Assembly (NCBI GenBank): GCA_009702245.1
Contig: WLIL01000001.1
Location: 1-54,991, forward strand
Direction: 5' to 3'
DNA from: Actinomycetota bacterium
Lineage (GTDB): Bacteria > Actinomycetota > Actinomycetes > Nanopelagicales > Nanopelagicaceae
DNA length: 54,991 nucleotides
Under the pieces are notes generated by a model. It was given only the letters and a program-made list of their open reading frames with translations, ran no database searches and was not told where the DNA came from. The position numbers and the translations under genes are program-made. Positions 1 to 9,674 of the stretch are shown here, piece by piece; positions within the stretch are counted from its first letter, which is position 1; each line of letters opens with the position of its first letter.

Positions 1-117
1 GGCTCGGACTACTCCCAGCACACAGTGATCGATACTCATTCGTGGGTGCGCTTGAACTTTGCTACTAACGAAGAGACCTTACGAGAAATATTAAGGCGCG
101 TGGGTTCCGTTCTTTAA
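1..117 (+). CDS. 3' fragment of a PLP-dependent aminotransferase / C-S lyase-like gene (5' end lies outside the window)
   Basis: Frame 1 is open from the window edge to TAA at 115-117. The translation ...DTHSWVRLNFATNEETLREILRRVGSVL resembles the RLNFA-type C-terminus of class I/II aminotransferases (MalY/PatB-like). Only 38 codons are visible. Confidence 0.35.
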   Translation, partial: GSDYSQHTVIDTHSWVRLNFATNEETLREILRRVGSVL

Positions 118-197
118 AATTGGATCAAATTTTTGGAATCGCGAGAATAGGTAGCTAAGACTACGGAGAAGCTATATAAAGTCTTCAAATAAGTGTT

Positions 198-770
198 TTA
201 AAGACTTGCAATGAAGTCTTTACTCGAAAGTATCGTTGAGTTTGGAGCAAAGATCCTTTTCATCAAGAAGTTGGTGATCTCAGCATCAGCATCCAAGCAA
301 CAATCTTCAATAACGGAGATCTTAAAATCTCGATCTGAGCCATCAACAAAAGTGGAAAGTACACAACCACTAGTCGCTACGCCAGCGAGAACTAAGTGCT
401 TAATCTCTCTTACATTTAAGAGTTGTTCCAGTGACGTTGAGTGGAAGGCACTCACCCGATTCTTTGTGACGACTAATTGACCAGAATTTGGCGTCAATGC
501 CTCGTGGAAATTACTTTCGGGGTCATCCTCAGTGAGTAAACCACGAGTCTTTACACCGCTAAAACGAACATTATTATCCGAGATCTCTGGATAACCAGGC
601 CTGAAAGCGACTCGCACGAGAATAACAAGCATCCCCGCATCCTCTGCCGCCTTCTTTACTGCGGCTACCTTCGGCATGAGTTCCGTACCTGCTTCACCGA
701 ATCGATTGATGATTGATTTTTGAAAATCCATCAGGAGTAGTGCAGTCGATGGGACGTTGAAATCAGCCAT
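198..770 (-). CDS. isochorismatase-family cysteine hydrolase
   Basis: ORF 198..833. The internal ATG at 770 (MADFNVPSTALLLMDFQ...) is preceded by GAAAGG and a promoter-like element, so it is the likelier start. The LLLMDFQ (Asp) and GVATSGCVLST (Cys nucleophile) motifs are typical of the family. Confidence 0.8.
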   Translation of the reverse strand: MADFNVPSTALLLMDFQKSIINRFGEAGTELMPKVAAVKKAAEDAGMLVILVRVAFRPGYPEISDNNVRFSGVKTRGLLTEDDPESNFHEALTPNSGQLVVTKNRVSAFHSTSLEQLLNVREIKHLVLAGVATSGCVLSTFVDGSDRDFKISVIEDCCLDADAEITNFLMKRIFAPNSTILSSKDFIASL

Positions 771-804
771 GATCAACAAACCTTTCAATTTTTTCAATAG
801 ATCC

Positions 805-833
805 GGTATAAAGACTCTTTTTAGTTTAGTCAA
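805..833 (-). promoter_or_regulatory. sigma70-like promoter candidate for the isochorismatase-family gene
   Basis: On the minus strand: TTGACT (828-833), a 17-nt spacer, then TATACC (805-810). It lies about 35 nt upstream of ATG 770. Confidence 0.3.
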
Positions 834-982
834 ACTATCATTTAATTTCCAGGGATATCTCTTAACAATACATTTTGATATCGGCTATTCGAATTCGCAT
901 AAATATCGGTTTAGGTAAAACTTCTTCACTGTGGAATTCTCTTCATGAACATAGATTCGTCCACTCCCCGCGCTGGTTCGTC

Positions 983-1825
983 ATGGCCCTAGATTCCAGG
1001 CCAACGTCTCATCGAGTCAGTGTTCAAGGAGCGTTGATCAATTCCCAAGCGTGGGGTGAGGTTGGTAACGGTGGCCTCATTCTTGTCCATGGTGGCGCCG
1101 CTCACGCGAGGTGGTGGGACTTCATCGCCCCCTTACTCGCGCCCAATAAGCGAGTGCTTGCAATTGATCTCTCGGGACATGGAGATAGCGCAAATCGAGA
1201 CGCCTACTCACTCGATCTTTGGGCTGAAGAATTGATGGCAGTTGCCCTCGCTGGAGGAGTTAAGGAGAACCCCATCATCATCGGACACAGTATGGGAGGG
1301 CTTGTTGGTTTAAAGGCAGGTCGCGACTATGGACGTGAAATTGCTGGTGTGATCACTATTGATTCACCTGTAAGAAAGATATCCCCCGAAAATGACGGGT
1401 CTGGGGAAGGAAAGCAGTTTGGCGCCCTCAGAGTTTATGAATCGAAAGAGGATATTGTCGGAAGATTTCGGACAATACCCGAGCAAGCAACATTGCCATT
1501 TGCGCAGGATTACGTAGCAAGCGTCTCTATTCGCGAGGTTTCTGGAGGTTGGGTATGGAAATTCGATCCAAATATTTCCAAAAAAGGCTTCCTCCCAGAA
1601 AGTGATCTCCATCAATTAGGTTGCCAGGTAGCTATATTTCGCGCTGAGCATGGTCTTGTGCCGATGGAGATGGGCGAGTTAATGCGAGAAAGGCTCGGCG
1701 CGGTCCTGCCAGTAAAAGTAATCCGAGATTCTGGGCACGCGATCATGCTTGATAAGCCGCTGGAATTAATCTATGAGATTCAAAAAGTCCTTGACCAGTG
1801 GGCGCAAGTACCTGAAGCGCTTTAG
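983..1825 (+). CDS. alpha/beta-fold hydrolase
   Basis: ORF 875..1825 opens with TTG. The first ATG at 983 gives MALDSRPTSH.... It has an HGG oxyanion region (LILVHGGAAH), a GHSMGG nucleophile elbow and a C-terminal DSGHAIMLDKP histidine. The start codon is uncertain. Confidence 0.8.
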   Translation: MALDSRPTSHRVSVQGALINSQAWGEVGNGGLILVHGGAAHARWWDFIAPLLAPNKRVLAIDLSGHGDSANRDAYSLDLWAEELMAVALAGGVKENPIIIGHSMGGLVGLKAGRDYGREIAGVITIDSPVRKISPENDGSGEGKQFGALRVYESKEDIVGRFRTIPEQATLPFAQDYVASVSIREVSGGWVWKFDPNISKKGFLPESDLHQLGCQVAIFRAEHGLVPMEMGELMRERLGAVLPVKVIRDSGHAIMLDKPLELIYEIQKVLDQWAQVPEAL

Positions 1826-1884
1826 CTTCTCACATCAGCTCTTACTCAAATCATTTATTCAAAGATTTCTAGTGACTTAAGTAG

Positions 1885-1922
1885 TTCGGGGTTTCGCCAC
1901 AATTGTGTGGCGAAACCCCGAA
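1885..1922. terminator. bidirectional hairpin terminator between convergent genes
   Basis: Perfect 16-bp stem ttcggggtttcgccac / gtggcgaaaccccgaa with the 6-nt loop aattgt. It sits between the stop at 1825 (+) and the stop at 1964 (-). There is no U-tract on either strand, which is common in Actinobacteria. Confidence 0.6.
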
Positions 1923-1963
1923 CCCCGTGAGTAACTTCTACTCATCCTTACCCTGGTTGTGTA

Positions 1964-3208
1964 TTACTTCTTCGCTGGAATAAACGCATTTGTGCGATAA
2001 AGGAATGCACCCTTTATATCGTCAGTAATTGCGTTATTCTCCTTGAGGAACTGAACAACTTTATTGATGTAGGCATCTGATGTGGTCCCAAGAACCTGAC
2101 CATCATCAAGACCGATTGGTTGCATCTTCTCACATTCGATTGGAAGACTCAGACGGGTGTAACCCTTCCAGAAATCATCCGCATTATTCTGAGGGAAGTT
2201 CTTAATATACCATTCTCCGCCATCTGTCGTGTTGGCACACGTGTAAGTCCAAGCCTCGATGGTTGCTGCAACGAAGGCCTTCATGAGGGCTGGATTCTCT
2301 TTAACATTCGTTGCGTTGGCAACGATGCCGTGTCCGAGTCCAGGAACTCCCATATCGGCCCACTTAACAGCTGCACCGATTTTAGGATCAAGTAGGCTTG
2401 CACGAAGAGTGTCGTTGCCATATTGACCGTTGTAACAATCAGCTTTACCCGCTTGGAAGAGAGCAAAATAGGTTGATGAAGAAGCCATCTGAACATCTAT
2501 TTTGGTGGCGTCGACATTATTTGCCTTCAACAAAGCCGGCCAAACGTTTGCTGCATCGGATCCGGTGGCCATCAAAATTGATTTACCCTCGAGATCCTTT
2601 GCCTTTTTGAAGTTCGCAGTCTTGTAGCAGACAGTAGCGATAGAGCTCTGGCGTTGAACCAAGAGTACGTTTTGAACATCCAACCCCTTGCTTCGGTTTA
2701 CAAAGAGGGCACTGGTGCTTGCGAATGCAAAATCGTCATTACCATTGTGGGCTAGGAGGATCGAACTACCTGAGCCTTTACCCTCTTTAATGGTCAGATC
2801 GATGTTGTATTTTGCATAAATGCCCTTTTCCTTGCCGAAACCAAACGCAATGTGATTCGGCAGCCAGGTCCAGTCGAGGCGAAGCGAAACAGGGGTCATA
2901 GAAGGGAGCTTCTCAGCAGGTCCTGCCGGAGCTGCCGGAGCTGCTGCAGGAGCAGGTGTTTTTGCGGCCACAGGTGCGGCTGATTTGGTCCACGTAAGTT
3001 TCTTAGTCTTCGCGTTCTTCACACATGCAAAAGGAACACGATTGATGGTGGCCTTGAGGCCCGCCTTGGGGCACACCCCGCCAGCCACTTGACCTGCGGC
3101 TGAGGAAACAGAAGGACTTATAGCTAGAACTGTGGTGAGGGCAACGCCGATACTAAGTAAGGTTCTGGCGGAGCGATTTTGCCTACTTGCTCGTTGGACA
3201 CTTTCCAT
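1964..3208 (-). CDS. ABC transporter substrate-binding protein, NMT1/THI5-SsuA/TauA-like (set 1), with an N-terminal C-x15-C module and a Pro/Ala linker
   Basis: ORF 1964..3250. ATG 3208 (MESVQRAS...) is preceded by GAGGAG 8 nt upstream. It has a signal-peptide-like h-region, then GGVCPKAGLKATINRVPFACVKNAKTKKLTW, then AKTPAPAAAPAAPAGPAEK, then a periplasmic-binding fold of the NitT/TauT type. Confidence 0.8.
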   Translation of the reverse strand: MESVQRASRQNRSARTLLSIGVALTTVLAISPSVSSAAGQVAGGVCPKAGLKATINRVPFACVKNAKTKKLTWTKSAAPVAAKTPAPAAAPAAPAGPAEKLPSMTPVSLRLDWTWLPNHIAFGFGKEKGIYAKYNIDLTIKEGKGSGSSILLAHNGNDDFAFASTSALFVNRSKGLDVQNVLLVQRQSSIATVCYKTANFKKAKDLEGKSILMATGSDAANVWPALLKANNVDATKIDVQMASSSTYFALFQAGKADCYNGQYGNDTLRASLLDPKIGAAVKWADMGVPGLGHGIVANATNVKENPALMKAFVAATIEAWTYTCANTTDGGEWYIKNFPQNNADDFWKGYTRLSLPIECEKMQPIGLDDGQVLGTTSDAYINKVVQFLKENNAITDDIKGAFLYRTNAFIPAKK

Positions 3209-3253
3209 ATTCAAACTCCTCGCGATAGGGGTTTTCTGGCATAAAGACACTAA

Positions 3254-3292
3254 CTAATGGTTTAGTAAAATCTTTTTTATGCCCAATGTCAA
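3254..3292 (-). promoter_or_regulatory. promoter plus palindromic operator candidate upstream of SBP set 1 (shared motif, copy 1)
   Basis: The minus strand reads TTGACA (3287-3292)-N17-TTTACTAAACCATTAG (3254-3269) and contains ACTAA-N4-TTAGT. The same architecture occurs at 19002-19040 and 27518-27556. Confidence 0.45.
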
Positions 3293-3323
3293 TAGCAGAA
3301 TAGGTATTTGCCAGACTCACTTT

Positions 3324-4412
3324 TTAGAGAACAGAGGCGCCGGATCTCCAGACCTGCTCAATATTGCCAATGTGCTTCATTTCCGCATGGGGCGCCCCCC
3401 GGACCAAGAGAAGATCAGCCTTAAACCCCACAGTTACCTGCCCCACAGCCTCCAGCCCCAGCCAGGCTGCCGCCGCACTCGTGGCTGAGATAAGCGCTCT
3501 TTGTGGCTCTAGTCCGGCCTGCGTCAATGCGATGAATTCTCGAACCTCTACTCCTGGAACCGGCCCAGTGATCAACGGAGTTGCTCCTCCGTTCCCAATA
3601 TCTGTTCCATAAAGGAGAACTCCACCACGGTCGTGAAATCTCGCCGCGTTATCGATCGCAGTTGCATAATCATGAGCATCGCGAAACATAAGAGATGAAG
3701 AGATTGCTACACCCTGATCGACCATTTGGCTGATCAACTCATCTGGAATTCTTTCATCTGCCATGAGCATGTGAGCCAGTTCGTCTACTCCAGCGTCTAA
3801 CACCTTCTTCAATTCGACCACTGTACCGACATGGGCAGTAACTTTCTTTCTTAGATGGTGCGCCTCGTCAATCAGTGCAGAAAGAACGCTGCTTGGAAGG
3901 GTCGGACCACGTCGATCATCTACGGCAAACTTGATCCCCCATGCACCCTGGCTCACAAGTACTCGCACAATGTCTCGAGCTTCACTCGCAGATCGCAATT
4001 GATGAGCAGTGATCTGAGCACCGTGCCAATGAGCATGGGTCGGGTATCCATCTGGCTCGGTGATAATTGGCCCAACTGCTAAAACCAATGGGCCTTGTAC
4101 GCCCCAACTTTCAGATCGCTTTGCAAAAGGCAGCACGACGTCGGGCGCCCAACCAAGATCTCGGACTGTTGTCAGCCCACCAGAGATAAGACGACGCACT
4201 GGATGTAATTGAGTGTGAACGTGGGTGTCAATCAAGCCGGGGAGAAGAGTTCGGCCATTGCACTCTATTATCTCAGCATCCCGTGGAATGACGACTTCAC
4301 TTTTTTTTCCTACTGCCCGAATAACTTCGTCAAATATCACTATTGCGTCATCAATTGGCTCAAGTTCGGCACCTGCAAGAACTGTGGCACCGACAATTGC
4401 GATAGCTGGCAT
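3324..4412 (-). CDS. metal-dependent amidohydrolase family protein
   Basis: 362 aa. N-terminal LPGLIDTHVHT (HxH metal motif), followed by later His/Asp positions typical of the amidohydrolase TIM-barrel superfamily. Confidence 0.8.
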   Translation of the reverse strand: MPAIAIVGATVLAGAELEPIDDAIVIFDEVIRAVGKKSEVVIPRDAEIIECNGRTLLPGLIDTHVHTQLHPVRRLISGGLTTVRDLGWAPDVVLPFAKRSESWGVQGPLVLAVGPIITEPDGYPTHAHWHGAQITAHQLRSASEARDIVRVLVSQGAWGIKFAVDDRRGPTLPSSVLSALIDEAHHLRKKVTAHVGTVVELKKVLDAGVDELAHMLMADERIPDELISQMVDQGVAISSSLMFRDAHDYATAIDNAARFHDRGGVLLYGTDIGNGGATPLITGPVPGVEVREFIALTQAGLEPQRALISATSAAAAWLGLEAVGQVTVGFKADLLLVRGAPHAEMKHIGNIEQVWRSGASVL

Positions 4413-4414
4413 TA

Positions 4415-5194
4415 TCAGACGCCCATTTTTGCGAGTTGGCGTGATTGCATCACTAAAACATCATTGCTATCCCACACCGAGGCATCTTCCTCAAAAAAAC
4501 CTTGGCTCAGAAGTCTGGTTCTTCGCTGCACCCGAAGCCATCCAGGCGCTGGTCTGGCTCTCAAATGAGTGCTCAGCTCAAGCGTGGGACACCAGGTGCC
4601 AACGCCAAGAGCAAAAACAACTGGAATGAATGAATCTACCGCCAGCACAGCAGATAGGCCATCTGGATCGGCTCCATCGGCAAATCTCCACCACGCAGTT
4701 TGTAACATTTGCGCGTTCTCCACATCAGTATTTGGGTTAATCAGCATCTCAACATGTTCACTAATGCGAAGTGGAACTCCACTCTCTAACTTATGAGGAA
4801 AGCGGACGCACTCTTCTCTCGGGGATAAAGTGGGAGGAAGATCGCTTTTGAATTCGATTCCGTTCGATGTGCTTCCTAACTCAGCGAAAGTTGCTGTCAC
4901 TCGGGTCCGCAATTTACCTTGAGTAATGCTCGCCTCATAGCTGGCAGTAGTCCTACCAACCCTTAGCTCTTTTACCTCTATGTCGGCTTCGCCGACTGTA
5001 GCTGCCGATAGATAGAAGGCGCTCGATGCAACTGCATCCGGGAATGGAGTATTAAGCGACATGGCATTCAACGCTAGCGCAGCCAAGTAACCACCGTTGG
5101 GTTGACTGCCTGAATTCCAAGCATCACTAATTTCGGCTTTAAAATGACCGGAACCTTTCGGTTCTAAAACCAGCGAGTCGTGCCATAAAGTCAT
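4415..5194 (-). CDS. acyl-CoA thioesterase-like protein (double hot-dog, TesB/4HBT_3-like)
   Basis: 259 aa. The N-terminal ...QPNGGYLAALAL... signature and overall length fit the thioesterase-like superfamily. There is a 2-nt gap to the next gene. Confidence 0.6.
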   Translation of the reverse strand: MTLWHDSLVLEPKGSGHFKAEISDAWNSGSQPNGGYLAALALNAMSLNTPFPDAVASSAFYLSAATVGEADIEVKELRVGRTTASYEASITQGKLRTRVTATFAELGSTSNGIEFKSDLPPTLSPREECVRFPHKLESGVPLRISEHVEMLINPNTDVENAQMLQTAWWRFADGADPDGLSAVLAVDSFIPVVFALGVGTWCPTLELSTHLRARPAPGWLRVQRRTRLLSQGFFEEDASVWDSNDVLVMQSRQLAKMGV

Positions 5195-5197
5195 CAG

Positions 5198-6070
5198 TTA
5201 ATGACCTCTGTTTTCCTTACGGATTGACTCATGCCATGGAATAGAAATTCGTTCAATAAATGTAAGCGTATAAAAAGAACTCATACCAATGGCTACCAAA
5301 ATCACAACTGCCGCAAAAACCAGATCCATCTCAAGCCGCCCAGCTGCAGCGATCAAGACGAAGCCCAGGCCCTTGTCAGCTCCAATGTACTCACCGACAA
5401 TGGCTCCAATCACCGCCATTGTAATTGCGATCTTGAGTCCAGCGAAAACACTGGGCAGCGCGAAAGGCCACCTAATTTTTCTAAATGTTGTCAGTTTACT
5501 CGCTCGAGATGATCTAGCTAAATCCAACATCTCCTGAGGAACGCCCTTCAGTCCAGCAACAGTATTAATAACCATCGGAAAGAAAGAGATAAGCACAGTG
5601 ATCACGAGTTTCGGTGTCATACTGAAACCAAACCAAATAATTAGCATAGGTGCCAATGCGATTTTAGGTATAGTTTGCGCTGTTACAAGTAATGGGTAAA
5701 CAAATTTCTCCATTACTTTAGAACTAGCGATAAGAATTCCTATAGGTACGGCCGTACAAAGGCTCATTGTAAATCCAACTATGACTACAAAAAGTGTGGG
5801 TTTAGCATTTGTCCAAAGGTATGGCCAGCTTTGAAATAAAGTCTCAAATATTTTAGTTGGCGCTGGCAAAATGAAATTGCGAATGTGAAAGACGCGAACA
5901 ATAGTTTCGGTAACGACCAGCAGCATGAAGAGGGTCAGAAAGGGATAAATAAATCCCTGAGTTTTCCCCCAGATTCTATGGCCAAGACTTATTTGGCGTA
6001 TTTCATCTTTTGGCAACGAATTGAATTTTAAGATTTCACTCTTATTTGTGGTATTCATTTCATTAGACAT
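5198..6070 (-). CDS. ABC transporter permease (NitT/TauT family, set 1)
   Basis: ORF 5198..6124. ATG 6070 (MSNEMNTT...) overlaps the ATPase stop by 8 nt. It has about 6 hydrophobic segments and an EAA-like loop (LDLARSSRASKLTTFRKIRWPFALP). Confidence 0.85.
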   Translation of the reverse strand: MSNEMNTTNKSEILKFNSLPKDEIRQISLGHRIWGKTQGFIYPFLTLFMLLVVTETIVRVFHIRNFILPAPTKIFETLFQSWPYLWTNAKPTLFVVIVGFTMSLCTAVPIGILIASSKVMEKFVYPLLVTAQTIPKIALAPMLIIWFGFSMTPKLVITVLISFFPMVINTVAGLKGVPQEMLDLARSSRASKLTTFRKIRWPFALPSVFAGLKIAITMAVIGAIVGEYIGADKGLGFVLIAAAGRLEMDLVFAAVVILVAIGMSSFYTLTFIERISIPWHESIRKENRGH

Positions 6071-6857
6071 GAGTAATGACTCCTCTCGCCTCAAAAGTCT
6101 CACGAATCTCGCGCATGTAGGCATTGAAATTAGGAGTTTCCATAATATGAAGACTTCGGGGACGCGGAAGATCTATCCGCAAATCAAGATCAATCGTCCC
6201 CGGCCGAGGACTCATGACAATTACTCTGTCTGAAAGAAAGACAGCTTCTTGGATGCTGTGAGTGATGAAAAGCACTGTTTTTTTCGACTGGAGCCATACA
6301 GATTGCAGGTCTAACATCATTTGTTCGCGAGTGAGTGCATCAAGTGCTCCGAAGGGTTCATCCATTAAAAGCAATTGAGGGTCGTGCACAAGCGCTCTAC
6401 AGATTGAAACTCGCTGTCTCATACCACCTGAAAGCTCATATGGGCGAGCCTCATAAAAGTCTGCCAACCCAACAGAGTCCAGAAGTCTCTTAGCGTTCGG
6501 TAGGTACTCCTTTGTCGGTAGTTTACGCGCCTCAATGGAGAACATAACGTTATCAATTACGTTCGCCCAGTCGAGCAGCACATCTCTTTGGAACACAATG
6601 CCAATGTCATCCATGGGGCCATCAACATCTCGACCGTTAACTTGGATGGCACCGCTGGTTTTCGTTCGTAACCCAGCCGCAATCATCATGAGGGTACTCT
6701 TCCCGCAGCCACTTGGGCCAAGAACTGAGACAAATTCTCCCGCTTCAACATCGAATGAAACATCGGAGATTGCGTGAACCGAGCTTGTGGGAGTCTCGTA
6801 AATCTTCCCCAAATTCGAAATCGAAATGATTGCTTGGCCATTTGTATGAGACATCAA
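6063..6857 (-). CDS. ABC transporter ATP-binding protein (NitT/TauT family, set 1)
   Basis: Walker A GPSGCGKST, signature LSGGMRQR, Walker B LLLMDEPFGALD, H-loop ITHS. Confidence 0.9.
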   Translation of the reverse strand: MMSHTNGQAIISISNLGKIYETPTSSVHAISDVSFDVEAGEFVSVLGPSGCGKSTLMMIAAGLRTKTSGAIQVNGRDVDGPMDDIGIVFQRDVLLDWANVIDNVMFSIEARKLPTKEYLPNAKRLLDSVGLADFYEARPYELSGGMRQRVSICRALVHDPQLLLMDEPFGALDALTREQMMLDLQSVWLQSKKTVLFITHSIQEAVFLSDRVIVMSPRPGTIDLDLRIDLPRPRSLHIMETPNFNAYMREIRETFEARGVITHV

Positions 6858-6889
6858 TACCTCTCAGTCACGATAAGAATTATATGTTT

Positions 6890-6918
6890 ACTAAATCATC
6901 ATTAAGTAAAAGAGTCAA
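6890..6918 (-). promoter_or_regulatory. sigma70-like promoter candidate upstream of the ATPase/permease set 1
   Basis: Minus strand: TTGACT (6913-6918)-N17-TTTAGT (6890-6895), 33 nt from ATG 6857. The spacer holds TTTACTTAA facing TTTAGTAAA, a degenerate relative of the shared TTTACTAA motif. Confidence 0.35.
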
Positions 6919-6936
6919 GCCTCATCAACAGGAATT

Positions 6937-8103
6937 TTAAGCATTGATAATCTCCTGAGTCAGGTCATAGAGGGCTTCGATTCCATGCCTTATGCACTCT
7001 TCATCTACATCAAAATTCGACGAATGTAGCGGTTCTTCGGACCCGACACCAAGCTTGATATAGAGGCTGGGCACTCGCTCTGCGTAGAGGGCAAAGTCGT
7101 CAGTCGTCATCGGCGGATCCGCGATACGCACCACATTTTCTCTTCCCAAGATTCGTCCAAAGACTTCATCAGCCAAAGCTACTAAGCCTTTATCGTTTAG
7201 AACTGCTGGCATCTCATTAGCCCACGTAACTCTTACAGAAGCGCCCGAACTAAGCGCAGCCCCCTTCGCTAATAGCTCAACAGCTGATCTGAGCTCAGCT
7301 CGACTTTGAGGAATGATGCTGCGAATCGTTCCCGTAATCTCAACCTGGTTGGCCAGCACACTTTGACTATTTCCACCGTGAATGGTGCCCACATTAAGAG
7401 CTGTCGAATCAGCCGGGTTGATCCGGCGTGAAATCAAATGGTGTAACCCTGACACTAGTTGGCTGGCCACCAATATTGAATCAATTCCTAACTCTGGGGT
7501 AGCGGCATGCGCACCCCTTCCCAAAATCTCAATCGAAAAAGCGTCTTTCGCAGCCATTGCTATTCTTTCGTCAATTCCAATTCTCCCAGCCGCCAAGTTT
7601 GGCCAACAGTGCAAACCAAGAACCACATCTGGCGACAACCGATCAAATTCGCCGGAGTCAAGAATAGCCTGAGCTCCACTTGCCTCGCCGAAAGGAATCT
7701 CCTCGGCTGGCTGAAAAAGAAATGAAACGCGACCAGAATCTAATGGAACTTTCGCAATGAGACGTGCAATCGACAATACAACAGTCATATGTACATCATG
7801 CCCACAGGCATGCATCACACCTGGGTTTAGCGATCGATATTCAACGTCTTTCAAATCAGGCACCGGTAGTGCATCAAGATCTGCTCTGATCATCACATGT
7901 GGACCCGGTTTTCCGCTGTTCCACTCTGCAACTACTCCAGTTCCCGCTACGCCTCTTGTCACCAGAAGGCCCAATTGCTCCAGTTCGCGCGCAATTAATT
8001 CACTCGTACGGAACTCGGAGAAACGCAATTCCGGATATGTGTGTAAATCGCGACGAAAAGATACCGCACTATTAAACTCTTGCCCCGTAAGTTGAAGATG
8101 CAT
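6937..8103 (-). CDS. M20D-family amidohydrolase (hippurate hydrolase / N-acyl-amino-acid amidohydrolase-like)
   Basis: 388 aa. RRDLHTYPELRFSEFRT, ACGHDVH and QPAEE motifs are characteristic of M20 amidohydrolases. Its start abuts the upstream gene's stop at 8103. Confidence 0.85.
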   Translation of the reverse strand: MHLQLTGQEFNSAVSFRRDLHTYPELRFSEFRTSELIARELEQLGLLVTRGVAGTGVVAEWNSGKPGPHVMIRADLDALPVPDLKDVEYRSLNPGVMHACGHDVHMTVVLSIARLIAKVPLDSGRVSFLFQPAEEIPFGEASGAQAILDSGEFDRLSPDVVLGLHCWPNLAAGRIGIDERIAMAAKDAFSIEILGRGAHAATPELGIDSILVASQLVSGLHHLISRRINPADSTALNVGTIHGGNSQSVLANQVEITGTIRSIIPQSRAELRSAVELLAKGAALSSGASVRVTWANEMPAVLNDKGLVALADEVFGRILGRENVVRIADPPMTTDDFALYAERVPSLYIKLGVGSEEPLHSSNFDVDEECIRHGIEALYDLTQEIINA

Positions 8104-9674
8104 TAGATATCAAATGCTTCCAGCTCATTCGCAATTAGAGCATTTCTCAACTCGTGCCTAATCGCTTTTCCAAGAGTATTTCGTGGGATTGAGTCAACGA
8201 TTACGTACCGCTTGGGCCTCTTAAAATTCGCTAGATCTGGATGGTGAATACAGAAGCTATCAATTTCGCGAATGTCAATCTCATGAGCGACAACTACAAA
8301 GGCAGTGCATACATGTCCCCATTCAGGATCAGGGACTCCGACAACTGCCACATCGATCAAAGACTCGTGTTGCATAAGGACTGACTCCACTTCTATGGGC
8401 TGAACATTTTCGCCACCAGAAATAAACATGTCGTCAAGCCGACCAGTAATCCAAAATGAACCATCAGGATCCTGATGAAAAGCGTCTCCCGTCCTAAGCC
8501 ATCCTTCGCGATATTTACCCCCAGTCGCATCGGGATTGTTCATGTAGTGATCCACTATTCGCGCACTGGCAGTATTAATGATGAGCTCACCCTCAATTCC
8601 TGGCTGACATATTTCATCGGCCGATCCAGAAGGATTCACAACTCTTGCTTCCAAATCCCCCACGGTTCGAAAAGCACCGGGATTACTTACCAGGTCAACA
8701 CTGCCGAGCATGACCCCCTCTGTATTTCCATACGCCTCCGCCAATAGCGCATTTGGAAAGACCTCTAGCAAATGACCCACTAAGTGGCTCGGCCTTGGAG
8801 CACTTCCCATGACGGCCAATCGAACGTCCGGCAAAACGATTCCATGCTCTCTCGCTTCTGCACACCAACGTTCAAAGAGTGTGGGTGCGCCGAGCAAGTA
8901 TGAAATCCTCTTCTGTTTGATGGTCCGTATATGTTCTGCAGAGCTGCGCTCAGGAGGTATTACGTACGTTCCTGACTGGAACCAGGTGACCCAAAGTCCA
9001 CAGTGGAGCCCCGTGATATGAAAGAGAGGCGAAGCGCCCAGCATGCGCACTGGCCAGGACGCAGAGGGGCCAAAATGAAGTATCCATGCAAAAATTCGCG
9101 CTGTTATATGGGCATGTGTGTTTGCCAGACCCTTTGGCTTCCCAGTTGTCCCCGAGGTATACAAAATGCATGCCAAATCATCGGAACTCGGTGCTGTAAG
9201 GAGCGAGTGCGAGTTCTTACCGGTAACCATCAAATCGCCAAGATTAGAGTAATCGGAGGTGACTTCTTCCCCCGCGTAAATAAGGAGCATGGATTTTGTA
9301 TCTACGCCAGCCGCGCGCAGCTCAACGGGAAATACGGGATCGTCAAAAACCAGAGCAGAAATTTTTGCATCGCCAATCACATGAACGATATCCCCTTGAG
9401 CCGCTCGCACATTGAGTGGCACAGATACGAACCCACCCCATGCCAATCCTGCGGTAAGGAGTACGTGCTGCAAAGTATTCCCTAACAACAGTAGAACGCG
9501 ATCTCCTGGCTTTAAGCCATTTTCCAATAATCCTAAGGCAATAGAAGAAGCGTCTCTGACGAGTTCGGAATAGGTTACAAACCCACCGTGATGCTCAACC
9601 GCAACACTTTCGCCCCCGCGAACTTCAGCGAGTTTAAGGATTTGGCGTAGATCTAATACTCCGGAATCAGGCAT
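8103..9674 (-). CDS. AMP-dependent acyl-CoA synthetase/ligase (class I adenylate-forming enzyme)
   Basis: 523 aa. AMP-binding motif YTSGTTGKPKG, plus TGD...GRLDDM and a C-terminal lysine region. It overlaps the upstream gene by 8 nt. Confidence 0.9.
   Translation of the reverse strand: MPDSGVLDLRQILKLAEVRGGESVAVEHHGGFVTYSELVRDASSIALGLLENGLKPGDRVLLLLGNTLQHVLLTAGLAWGGFVSVPLNVRAAQGDIVHVIGDAKISALVFDDPVFPVELRAAGVDTKSMLLIYAGEEVTSDYSNLGDLMVTGKNSHSLLTAPSSDDLACILYTSGTTGKPKGLANTHAHITARIFAWILHFGPSASWPVRMLGASPLFHITGLHCGLWVTWFQSGTYVIPPERSSAEHIRTIKQKRISYLLGAPTLFERWCAEAREHGIVLPDVRLAVMGSAPRPSHLVGHLLEVFPNALLAEAYGNTEGVMLGSVDLVSNPGAFRTVGDLEARVVNPSGSADEICQPGIEGELIINTASARIVDHYMNNPDATGGKYREGWLRTGDAFHQDPDGSFWITGRLDDMFISGGENVQPIEVESVLMQHESLIDVAVVGVPDPEWGHVCTAFVVVAHEIDIREIDSFCIHHPDLANFKRPKRYVIVDSIPRNTLGKAIRHELRNALIANELEAFDI

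Noticed and set aside
179-220. Three interlocking AAGTCTT/AAGACTT inverted repeats around the isochorismatase-family stop codon. These could be a terminator or attenuator.
   Set aside because: The stems are short (5-7 bp) and AT-rich, and they partly lie inside coding sequence. There is no U-tract, so evidence for a functional element is insufficient.
3251-3323. A possible TPP riboswitch upstream of the NMT1/THI5-like binding proteins (also 22940-23167).
   Set aside because: Neither leader contains the conserved CUGAGA / ACCUGA core or the required helices. The regions are better explained by promoter/operator elements.
9003-9485. 160-aa plus-strand ORF antisense to the acyl-CoA ligase gene.
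   Set aside because: It lies wholly inside a gene with a strong AMP-binding signature on the other strand, and its Cys/Arg-rich translation has no recognisable domain.
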